Part shown: positions 13,001 through 21,934 of the stretch, piece after piece
How the letters are laid out: each line of letters begins with the position of its first letter
Position numbering within the stretch: position 1 is the stretch's first letter
Origin: Octopus bimaculoides
Lineage: Eukaryota
Assembly (NCBI RefSeq): GCF_001194135.2
Contig: NC_068992.1
Span: 49,935,555 to 49,999,554, forward strand
Direction of reading: 5' to 3'
DNA length: 64,000 nt
Notes under the pieces: model-generated
What the model saw: only the letters and a program-made list of their open reading frames with translations
Told to the model about the DNA's origin: nothing
Database searches by the model: none
Made by a program: the position numbers and the translations under genes

Positions 13001-15733
13001 TTACTTGTGATCATCATCATCATCATTTAGCATCTGCATTCCATACTGGCATGGGTTAGACAGTTTGACTGAAACTGCTAAGCTGGAGAGCTGCACCAGG
13101 TTCCAATCTGATTCGGCATGGTCTCTACAGCTGGATACCCTTCCTAACACCAGCCAAGAGTGTGATGGGTGCTCTTTACGTGCCACTGGCATGGGTGCCA
13201 GTTACATGACACCAGATGGTTAGAGATGGGGATAGAGGTAAATGTGGTGAACGGGACAGTGGTGGTAGTATGGTCCATGGTAAATATCAGTATAAAGAAG
13301 GGAACTGAAAGGTATAGAAGAGGGTGATAAGTAGCAGGGCAATAAGCCTGTGTATAAATATGAAAATAGTGTGATATGTGCACAGGGCAGGGGGGGATGG
13401 GGTCAGTGAGAGAGAGATGTACAGTGACAGAGATGGATGTCAGAGATATATAGGGGTAGCTATAGTGACTAAAGACCAGAGTAACTGTCTATGGTAAATA
13501 CACGATGGTGTTGAGAATGATAACAGATAGAGTGAAAAGATGATAAAGTAAATTCTGCAACGTGTGACATAGTTCAAGTTAAAAGAATTGTTGAAAAGAG
13601 ATAAGAAAAAAACAATACTGAAGTTAAAATATATCTCACGCGTGAGCTTTCTGTAGTTCTTTTTGCTTCTGTAAACCAGCGTCGTTAAACTTCAAAACTC
13701 TACACTCAGGCACCCATTCATCCCAGCTAGAAGATATAAAAATAAACAAGCATAAAGCAAAATATAAAAGATTCATTAATTCTGCAATGACTTTCCATTG
13801 TGGATATTTTTTATGAAATGATGTCAGAAAGAATACAAAATGTAGACATAAAGAGGATATAAAGAATATATAAAGCCACCACTGTTGATTTAAAGTCCAG
13901 TTTCCCATGCTTATACGAGGCAGAGTCATTTCCATAATGCATTTTCATTAACTGCATCAATTGGCTACTCCTCACCAAAACATACGCACATGTATATACA
14001 TATATATATATATGCACACACACACACACACATATATATGTATATATAAGAATATATATAAAGGAGGCCACTAGCTGGACTGCTAATGTGCTAGAAGAAG
14101 ATCACATGTCATGTGTCTACTAAGACCGAATAATTCTCAAAGGGAATTCCCTTTGAGAATTATTTGGTCTTAGTAGACACATGACATGTGATCTTCTTCT
14201 AGCACATTAGCAGTCCACCTAGTGGCCTCCTTTATATATATTTTTATATATACATATACAATAATCCTTTGTGATCTCAGATATTTTTTCTGAATCTCCC
14301 TGATTCTTTTAATGTGCTTGTTCCCTGGTATTAAATTGATATTAATTAATATCCAATTTTTTTACCCTATTGTTTAATCTTTATATTCCTCCGTTTTCCC
14401 ATTCTTTGAACTTTCCGTCTTTCCGACGAAGGGCTCCGCCCGAAACGTCATACTCTCTCTCTTTCCTTTCCCGAGCGTCCAATAACACTATCCGTATCAC
14501 GTCCTCACTTTGTTGTTTTTTTGTTATTGTTTTTTGTGTTTTTTTTTTTAACTATATATATATATATATATATGCGCAGGATGAGAGAGGCAGCTGAAAG
14601 CGCCTTTTGTTGGCTTTGGAGCAAGAGAGAAGAGTTAAGCTGGAAGCAAGGAGGAGGTGAGGAGTAGTGATTTGGCCACCTCTACTGACCCACCAACGAG
14701 ACAGTGTTACGGTTCAGGATCGAAACACTCAATGAATGTTAAGATATTGTCTGATGACATCAGTTCCTCCTGGCCAAAGCTCCATTCACTTTGGTAAGAG
14801 GAAAAAAAAGCACCTCCTTCAAAGTGTTGTTTAACATCATCATTTAACGTCCATTGTCCATGCTGGTATGGGTTGGACTAACATATATATTGTCAATTCA
14901 AATAAAAAAAACAAACAAACATGAGGATGTGCACAACCAATGTATTAGCTTGACATTTGGTGAAAGAAGAGTGTTTGACATTTCAAGCATAGCTCTTCGT
15001 CGGAAAGGAGAAAGGGAAAAGTCCAAGGATAAAAAAGAAACAGCCAATGGTAAACATCTAGTTACATTGCTGACACAAATGCATGTATATTGCATTATTT
15101 TTATGCTAGCATAGATGGCAATTTTTGACAGGATCCAATGGATCAGAGGTGCAGGATTTGTTCCAGTGTCACAGTTTTGGCATGATTTCTATGGGTGGAT
15201 GCCCTTCCTAATGCCAACCCTTTTACAGAGTACATTGGGTGCATTTTTCATGGCACCAGCACTAGTGAGGTTTTCTTGCATATGACAGGCTTCCACACAC
15301 CTAAATTTTATTCACAAAGAAGGTACTAAGGCTATTATAACAGATGAGACTGTGTACAAAGTGCCACACAGAGGGACCTAACTCAGAGCCATACCCTCGC
15401 AAAGGAAACCTCTCATATATGGCCATGCTACCTGCACTGGAAAATAAAAGAAAGACACTAAAAGCTTGTCCTCAATGAAAACAGGATTGTAAAAGAAATA
15501 AAGGGGAAAAAAATGGAATTGTTTGAATAAAAGAAGAACTCACTTCTTATTCCATCCATTGTAATGAATGAAATATCGGATAATTTTCTCTTTAACATCG
15601 TATTTGACACACTGAAAGACAGAGAGAGTGTAATTTAATTGCAGTCAATTAGATGAAAGATTTTGGTACAAACCACATACAGATAGGCAAAGGGAAACAG
15701 ATATAATTAGAGGTAGACAGATCAATAAATATA

Positions 15734-15802
<69 letters not shown>

Positions 15803-16271
15803 TGAGAAAATAGATAATTAGAGAGAGATCAATAGATCTGCAGAGAAAGAGAGAGACAGACCATTAGAGATGTCAATAGATAGATATGTTGAGAAACAGA
15901 TAGACAGATCAATAGATATACCAACAGACAGATAAATAGATAGACCCCCATACATATATGGAAGGATAATAAACAGATAGGCGGATGAATAGATAGTCAC
16001 ATTGAAAGTTAAATAGGCAGACGGACAGATAGATATATATAGAGAGGGGGAGAGAGAAAGGTAGACAGGCAAGCAGATTGAAAAATAGAGACATCTTTTA
16101 CTTGTTTGAGTCGGGAAGAACTTTTAGTCAGATCATTTGGTCCCTGTACTTATTTTTTAAAGCCTGATGCTTATTCTATCAGTCTCTTTTGCCGAACCAC
16201 TAAGTTACTGGGGCATAAACACATCAACACTGGTTGTCAAGCAGTGCTGGGAGACAAACAAAGATACAAAA

Positions 16272-16303
<32 letters not shown>

Positions 16304-17744
16304 TAATATCATCATCATCCTCATTTAACATCTGTTTTCCATGCTGGCATGGGTTGGAGAGTTTGTCAGGGGCTGGCTAGGCAGAAGACTGCACTAGGCT
16401 TCACTATGGATGCCCTTCCTAACACCAACCTCCTCAAGGAGTGGACTTATATATAAAATAGGCTTCTTTCAGTTTCCATCTACCAAATCCATTCACAAGG
16501 ATTTGCTTAGTGGCATTTCTTCAAACTTTATATTCCGAATTCAAATGCCGCCACGGTCGACTTTGCCTTTCATCCTGGTGATGTTGTAAAACAAGTACCA
16601 GTTGAACACTGGGGTCGATGTAATCAACTTAGCTCTACCCCAAAATTTCTGGCCTTGTATCAAAATTTCAAGATAATTTATGTTCCAAACATCAGCTTAA
16701 TAAGGAGAAAGTTATTTTATTAAATACTTGTTTTCATAAGTAATTCAAACAAGGGCAGTGTATTTCATTAGGAATATTACAACAAAAGGGTTAAGGCTGA
16801 TTACTTAACATACTAACATCCAGACCCCAAAAACTTTCTATGTCAACCCAATGAGTGGACTAAGCACAATCTCAGTTGACTTGCTACACAATAACAAGCA
16901 AGTTTTCATCAAATGAAATCCTACCAGCTTCTAAATAAATGAATAAACAAAAGAAAGGAGCATACAACAGAGTGTAATCTGAGATACTGCACAAGGTCAG
17001 AGTAATAGTCGTAATGATAGTCCTCCTTCAATTGTGCTGGTCAGAGAGTGAACAGCAAAAATAGATCTTAAAGATAACACAGAAGAGAAACAAAACCAAG
17101 AATTATATGAGGGGGGTGCTGAAAAGTTTCTGACTTTCAGGGTATTGCGAAAGGCCTGGTTGGAGGCCCGATCTTCTGAGTTCTTTTACACAGCTTAGCA
17201 AAAATGATAGACCACTGCAATAAGTGTGTGAAAGTGAGAGGGGAATGTGCTGAATAAAATCATAATTAACTGATCCTCCTGTATTTTCTTTTACCTAAAG
17301 CCAGGAACTTTTCAGTATCCTTTTGTATGCATACCATATTTCCCAGAATACAAGTTGAATTCTTCAGACCAAAATATACAGCCAAAAAAAATATAGGTTG
17401 ACTTATACACCACGACAACTTTAGGGGATCGAATATTCCATGTGAAATGCAGCACGATTTGGAAAGACAGTGATGCTGTTTGAATGTTCACAGTATATAC
17501 TGTGCTAACTTGTATGCCAGAAATTACGGTATACTAAAACATGAAAAGGAAACATCAAGCTAGACAAGAAGAAAATTATATGACGCAGCAAAAGAATAAA
17601 TTAGACATTAAGTGAAGATTAATTATATTATAGAGCAAGAGAAAATTTGATGAACTTACTTTGGCTTCATATAATAATGGTCCATGAAAACACAGAACAC
17701 GCTCTCCTGAAAAGGGAAATAGTTTTGAGACTGAGCATGAAAGT

Positions 17745-17785
<41 letters not shown>

Positions 17786-18851
17786 CCTTTCTACTAAAGA
17801 CACAAGGCCTGAAATTTTGTGTGGAGGCTATTAGTTGATTACATCAACCTCAGTGTTTCACAGGTACTTCATTTATTGACCCCAGTATGGAACTGGTGAT
17901 GCTCAAACCAGTGAACTGGCTTGAATGAAATAACGACTGGTTATTGATGTTTTCGATATCGCCGTCCGTTTCCATAAAGAGCTCACAACTTTAGGAATTA
18001 TGTGCAAACAACACTGGTTCCTATCCACGGCAAGTTTATTTGTTGCGCGAAACGTAATATTGCATCTGGCTAGATTCTTAAATTCCCAAATGCATGCCTT
18101 TTTTAAAGCTCCTCCGACGCAATGTTTATTTCGGAAGGATGAAAAGGCGGAATACATATTCGGAATGCCTGTCACTCCATCGATGGAAACTAAAATGAAA
18201 CTAAAATAAGCTACAATCACCATTTATGTATTTTCAAGCCATCCTCAACAGTATGACATGCCGCATATTGAAGATAGACGAACCAGACTTAAAGAGCCAA
18301 CAACGTTGTTTAACCTGCTAGAAAAATGGAATAGCAGCCGAATCTCATTCAAACTGCACCCTACTGTCTTAAAGAAAAGAAGGATGATTTGAAAAGAAAC
18401 TACTGGATAATGACGGTTGAGAAAATTTTGACCATAGAACTGGCCTGGAACTAAACAACAACCGCTTTTTGAATAGTCAGTCTGTCAGGCTTGTTTCGAT
18501 GGAAGCGGCGAAGAGGGCGGAGGAAGACATCAAGCTTCAAATGTTGACAACAATGGAAGTCCAGGCGGTTGCAATGGACAAAGAAAAAAAAAGTTTTGTT
18601 CTAATTATTCGTTCGTTTAAGCACCTTGTTGTCAATGATAATAACTATTACGTTGGGAGCAACATATACGGATTGTGTAAACTAAAAATATACACATGTG
18701 TTGCGAGAAAACCGAGAGTGAAAAAAAAAACAACAAGAATTAATATTATGAGAATAACCGACCACGCTGTTTCGCTCTTTCAACTTAAAGCTCGATAATT
18801 GTACAAATTACAAGTATACTCACCCTCAACAAATTTCATCTTAGGAGCCAT
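2005..18851 (-). CDS. MORF4L1: MRG15 / mortality factor 4-like 1 (chromodomain + MRG domain), complete spliced CDS, 319 aa (404 aa with the 9743-9997 exon)
   Basis: Exons 18824-18851, 17660-17706, 15544-15611, 13640-13726, 12750-12835, 11781-11896, 9031-9132, 8177-8262, 7476-7575, 5940-6009, 4295-4379, 2005-2089 sum to 960 nt with GT-AG junctions in phase. Translation [25 protein letters not shown]...[12 protein letters not shown]...[22 protein letters not shown]...[22 protein letters not shown]...PEYHRKAI* matches recalled MRG15 motifs throughout. Confidence 0.96.
2200..2830. repeat. Degenerate (GATA/GACA)-type purine-rich repeat; similar tract at 15660-16080
   Basis: Recurrent AGACAGATAG/AGGTAG units. 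Confidence 0.8.
4295..4379 (-). CDS. MORF4L1: MRG15 exon 11 ([27 protein letters not shown])
   Basis: LDEKS...HDFL motif; CAG acceptor, GTGAGT donor. Confidence 0.95.
5940..6009 (-). CDS. MORF4L1: MRG15 exon 10 ([23 protein letters not shown])
   Basis: YG..HLLRLF motif; CAG acceptor, GTAAGA donor. Confidence 0.95.
6719..6928. mobile_element. Mariner-like non-autonomous element (~210 bp); further copies at about 17105-17330, 33990-34200, 52500-52708
   Basis: Imperfect TIRs GAGGGG..GAAAAGTTCCTGGCTT / AAGCCAGGAACTTTTCAGCA.CCCCTC, TA at the flanks. Confidence 0.75.
7476..7575 (-). CDS. MORF4L1: MRG15 exon 9 ([33 protein letters not shown])
   Basis: Highly conserved MRG motif; TAG acceptor, GTAAGT donor. 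Confidence 0.96.
7799..8070. mobile_element. Foldback MITE, ~90-bp imperfect TIRs
   Basis: 7801-7892 is the reverse complement of 7983-8068 (30-bp perfect core); TA on both sides. Confidence 0.75.
8177..8262 (-). CDS. MORF4L1: MRG15 exon 8 ([28 protein letters not shown])
   Basis: LPA...DSILE.Y motif; TAG acceptor, GTAAGC donor. Confidence 0.93.
9031..9132 (-). CDS. MORF4L1: MRG15 exon 7 ([34 protein letters not shown])
   Basis: Start of MRG domain; CAG acceptor, GTAGAG donor. Confidence 0.96.
9743..9997 (-). CDS. MORF4L1: Candidate extra/cassette MRG15 exon, 85 aa, phase 0-0
   Basis: TAATAG acceptor, stop-free 255-nt frame [13 protein letters not shown]...[10 protein letters not shown]...SITEK, AAG|GTAACT donor; in frame with both neighbouring exons. 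Confidence 0.6.
10039..10380 (+). mobile_element. 5'-truncated Dong/R4-type non-LTR retrotransposon in a (TAA)n tract
   Basis: [28 protein letters not shown]...[13 protein letters not shown] is the R4/Dong restriction-like endonuclease C-terminus; (TAA)n on both sides. Confidence 0.85.
11781..11896 (-). CDS. MORF4L1: MRG15 exon 6 ([38 protein letters not shown])
   Basis: [13 protein letters not shown] parallels human KKRARVDPTVEN; TTTTAG acceptor, GTAAGT donor. Confidence 0.9.
12043..12362. mobile_element. hAT (Charlie-like) MITE; partial relatives at about 4570-4725 and 37610-37765
   Basis: Ends CTGGTTCTCAAC / GTTGAGAACCACTG; 8-bp TSD AGTTAAAA at 12035-12042 and 12363-12370. Confidence 0.88.
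12750..12835 (-). CDS. MORF4L1: MRG15 exon 5 ([28 protein letters not shown]), linker
   Basis: Phase 2-1 as required between exons 4 and 6; TAG acceptor, GTAGGT donor. Confidence 0.85.
13640..13726 (-). CDS. MORF4L1: MRG15 exon 4 ([28 protein letters not shown])
   Basis: WDEWVP motif; TAG acceptor, GTGAGA donor. Confidence 0.95.
14035..14258. repeat. 224-bp spacer-less palindrome
   Basis: 112-bp arms centred on GGGAA|TTCCC (14146/14147), 3 mismatches. Confidence 0.95.
14419..14453 (+). ncRNA. Penelope-type minimal hammerhead-like motif (degenerate), copy 1
   Basis: CTTT-CCGACGA-A-GGGC tcc GCCC-GAAAC-GTC. Confidence 0.5.
14581..14800 (+). mobile_element. 3' fragment of an RLE-type (HERO/NeSL-like) non-LTR retrotransposon
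   Basis: Reads [20 protein letters not shown], resembling the AAExASxWLWxKR C-terminus of these elements, then a UTR-like tail. Confidence 0.5.
14973..15007 (-). ncRNA. Penelope-type minimal hammerhead-like motif (degenerate), copy 2
   Basis: CTTT-CCGACGA-A-GAGC tat GCTT-GAAAT-GTC-AAAC. Confidence 0.5.
15544..15611 (-). CDS. MORF4L1: MRG15 exon 3 ([22 protein letters not shown])
   Basis: Chromodomain YFIHYxGWNK; CAG acceptor, GTGAGT donor. Confidence 0.95.
15739..15800. repeat. (TA)n microsatellite (many other TA, CA, GA, TAA, CAT tracts across the window)
   Basis: Visible. Confidence 0.95.
17660..17706 (-). CDS. MORF4L1: MRG15 exon 2 ([16 protein letters not shown])
   Basis: Chromodomain motif; TTTTCAG acceptor, GTAAGT donor. 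Confidence 0.95.
18824..18851 (-). CDS. MORF4L1: MRG15 exon 1 ([10 protein letters not shown])
   Basis: ATG at 18851, donor G|GTGAGT, phase 1. Confidence 0.9.
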
Positions 18852-18991
18852 CTTTCTTGTTTTTAAATAAACATAGGCTAAGACGAAAATAAAAAGACAA
18901 ACTTCAGTGTTAATCACATAATTATTTCATTGGTATCAACGTGAAAACGACTGTGTGTGAAACGTCATGGCTGCGAGGAAAACGAAATTAG

Positions 18992-19001
18992 GTGACGTCA
19001 C
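18992..19001. promoter_or_regulatory. Palindromic CRE (GTGACGTCAC) in the CpG-richer MRG15 promoter region
   Basis: TGACGTCA at 18993-19000, about 140 nt upstream of the ATG. Confidence 0.5.
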
Positions 19002-19073
19002 TGGTCTATGATAGTTTCTTATTAGCATTTCGTATTTTCATTCTCTGTAGATACTTTTCAATTATCATAAATC

Positions 19074-19525
19074 ATTAACAGAGTTGTTGTATTGATGCTT
19101 TAGAAAAATATGAGTAGAATATATATGTATATAAAAGAATATAGAAAATTGAATGTTTCTTTGTTTGAAGGGTTTAGCGACGTGGCTTTTCTTCGTTTCG
19201 TTTCTGTTGTATTTATTGTGAGATAATTAGATTTTGGAGGCACTGTTCTCTTCCGCTATGTTAGTGTTTATATAAACATTTACATAGAATAGAATATTTA
19301 TTAATAGAGTTGTAATAATGATTTAAAAAATATGCGTGGAATATATATAAGAAAAAACGGAATATAGAAAATGAAATATTCTTTTATTTAAAAGATTTAG
19401 TTACGTGTGATTCCTCTTCGTTTCGTTTCAGTTGTGTTTGTAGCATGATAATTACTGATTTTTGGATAAACCGTTTTCTGCCGCCATGGAAGTGTTTATA
19501 TAAATATTTACGTTGAATGAAATAA
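19074..19525. repeat. Degenerate tandem duplication, period about 225 bp
   Basis: CTTCGTTTCGTTTC at 19191 and 19416; AGTGTTTATATAAA at 19263 and 19491. Confidence 0.85.
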
Positions 19526-19909
19526 AACGTGATATACATACTATAATATATTTATACTTACTTTAAGGGTTAGGATTAAAGATTGGGATCGGGATTGATT
19601 TAAGAAAAGATTTTACGGTTTGATTCAAGATTTTTAAAAAGTGTCAAATATTTAAAAATTTCATTTTCGGTTTAATACATTTAACATGTTTGTAACCGAG
19701 GGTTCATGATTGAGCAAATTTTGCTGTTAGGGCATCAAAGAACTACTGTAGTTCTTTGAAACTGAAACAATACAATAACGACGAAAATAAGCAAGAGCAA
19801 AAAGAAAATTTATTAGACGCAAGAGCCTAAGACGTTTGGGACAATATAAGGTGAAATATAAAGAAACAAGAAATAGTAAGGGTTTGTAAAGAAATAAATG
19901 GGAGATATC

Positions 19910-20116
19910 GGTACTACTAAAGCAGCGCGGACCCGAACGTGCAGTCGCGCGTCCGGGCTAGCTAGTCGTGAGTGGTCGATCCTAACCCTAACCCTAAACA
20001 CATATTCATTTGCACACGCGGGTTAGGGTTAGGGTTAGGGTTAGGATCGACCACTCAAGACTAGCTAGCGCGGACGCTCGACTGCTCGTTCGGGTCCGCG
20101 CTGCTTTAGTAGTACC
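19910..20116. mobile_element. Foldback MITE (Merlin-like ends) with internal opposed telomeric repeats
   Basis: 88-bp TIRs with 4 mismatches starting GGTACTACT; 8-bp TSD GAGATATC at 19902-19909 and 20117-20124; (CCCTAA)n and (TTAGGG)n at the inner ends. Confidence 0.88.
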
Positions 20117-21169
20117 GAGATATCTTCTAAACAATGAATATATCACAGCAACTGATTGCACATCACAAGGTTTAACGGAACCTACTGAAGCAAGCCAGCA
20201 CGCTTGCAGTATTACCACGGGCGATGGCGAGACTAAGACGTTGGGAAAGCCAAGCGCCCTCACAGACATGAATATATTATTAAACAGGTAACAAGAAAAT
20301 GCGATAAAAGTATTGAGAAATAGTCGTTTGGATTCTACCTCTTGATTGATAATGACAAACAATAGCAAGCCCTGAAAATAATGGCACTGTACAGTTAAAT
20401 GGAACATGAAATCCAGGAGTTCTCAACCACTGTGCCGCACAGAAAGAATAATTTTAAAACTTTATATAAATTTTATCGACTAACACAGTCTGTAGGATGT
20501 TTTTGCATTATATATGTGTTATATGTATTTAATAATTAACCTAGTCCATTATCTGTCGCTATGCTACCGGGTAACGACCCAGTCAAGATAAAATAGATCT
20601 TTCGACAGAAACCTACTGCAATAGTCACGTTGATATACTCAGAAACAACCTGTTTTTTTTTCTTTTTTGAAGAAACAAATTTTAATTCTTTCACACACAC
20701 ACACTCTCTCTCTCTCTCCCTCACTGTAAGCCACTCTCAACAACAATAACAACCTCTCTTTATAGTGAAAATCGTTTATTAAAGTTTGTGTTGCGTCGTA
20801 TGTATGTTGAAAGACATACAGAAACACATACATGGGCAAACAACCAAAAATATATCTATGTAATATATATACATATATAAATCTGTGTTGTTTTGTGTAG
20901 TGTTGACAGACTTGCACTTAAAATACCCACTTTTTAAATCAAAACTTGTTAGTTACTATGGTGACAATGCTATTATCTATCTGTTTGACTGGCTGGCTGT
21001 CCTACACACACACTCACTGTATTTCTGTTTCAACAACTTTTTCCTTCTAAACAACAACCCTCCCTCTAAATATACATTATGACAGTGTTATCTCCCCTTT
21101 TTGATTCTTTCCCCCTTCTCCCTCCCTCTAATAGATGTTCTCTTTTATAATCTACGATTATATATTTAT

Positions 21170-21850
21170 TGTTACGCGCGTGATCTCCCGATCTGTGGAA
21201 AATTCTTCTTGCAGAAAACCGTTCCGTAGGGCAAAAAGGTTGGGGACTAACTTTTAATCTTAAAATTTACTCAATAGCAGCTTCCCTTGTTAACCTCACC
21301 TTCCTCTTCAAGTGGTTCTGGAAGTTGGTGAGGGCTTGGCCTAAGAGGAAAACCTTTATCCTCACACCTTTCAACAGCCAAATGTACCACACAACTTCCT
21401 TTACCATAGCCACTATACAGAGTAAAACTATTTGCTTTTCTCTGGCAAAGAAATGTGGTCGACCGATCAACTTACCTGTAACTGTTACTTCTTGGCTATA
21501 TATCGTGTAGGTAGATGTTTAGTGTAGATGAAAACGGAGACTGGCTGGTGTTAGATATAATGTTGCCGGAGACAAGTTGCGTGTGGTCAGCGGCGTGTGC
21601 CAAAGACCTAGAGCAGTCGAGAACTGCCGTTTTTTATAGAGAATAGTAGGTTCCTAGGAGCTGGTGATTAATTTCCCGCAAAAGGAAAAATGAACTGTTG
21701 CGCCAACACGAATGGACGGCTGGAAGCCGACCAATACAAACGACAGGTTCGTTTAATCACGGGGTTATGTGACCAGCTGGAGCGAAAAGATTTGTGGAGC
21801 CGATATCCGGGTATTTAAGCCTAGACGAGTCAAAACGGAAACATCTCACA
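21170..21850 (-). mobile_element. Probable solo LTR
   Basis: TGT...ACA termini, CpG-richer than flanks, minus-strand TATAAAAA and ATTAAA; no clean 4-5 bp TSD. Confidence 0.45.
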
Positions 21851-21869
21851 TATAATGACAGTGTAAATC

Positions 21870-21930
21870 ACTTCTGCTACACCTCTATTTCCAGATCTTT
21901 GTATTTTGAGAGTTTCTCCGTTTCTTTTAC
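21870..21930 (-). mobile_element. Short Dong/R4 fragment
   Basis: Minus strand [18 protein letters not shown], same motif as 10055-10100. Confidence 0.7.
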
Positions 21931-21934
21931 AGAT

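Noticed and set aside
14715-14770. Type II hammerhead (GAAAC...CTGATGA) in the HERO-like 3' UTR
   Set aside because: Stems I and II do not pair adequately.
17903-18798. ORFs in MRG15 intron 1 (17903-18223, 18000-18209, 18469-18798)
   Set aside because: No recognisable domain; part of the region matches a dispersed SINE-tail repeat also at 23850-23970 and 46060-46160.
19561-19620. Second telomere-like tract (AAGGGTTAGGATTAAAGATTGGG)
   Set aside because: Only one exact TTAGG unit; too degenerate to support.
19979-19998. Telomerase RNA template (CTAACCCTAAC)
   Set aside because: It is one arm of an inverted repeat with an 8-bp TSD; no pseudoknot or H/ACA end could be identified.
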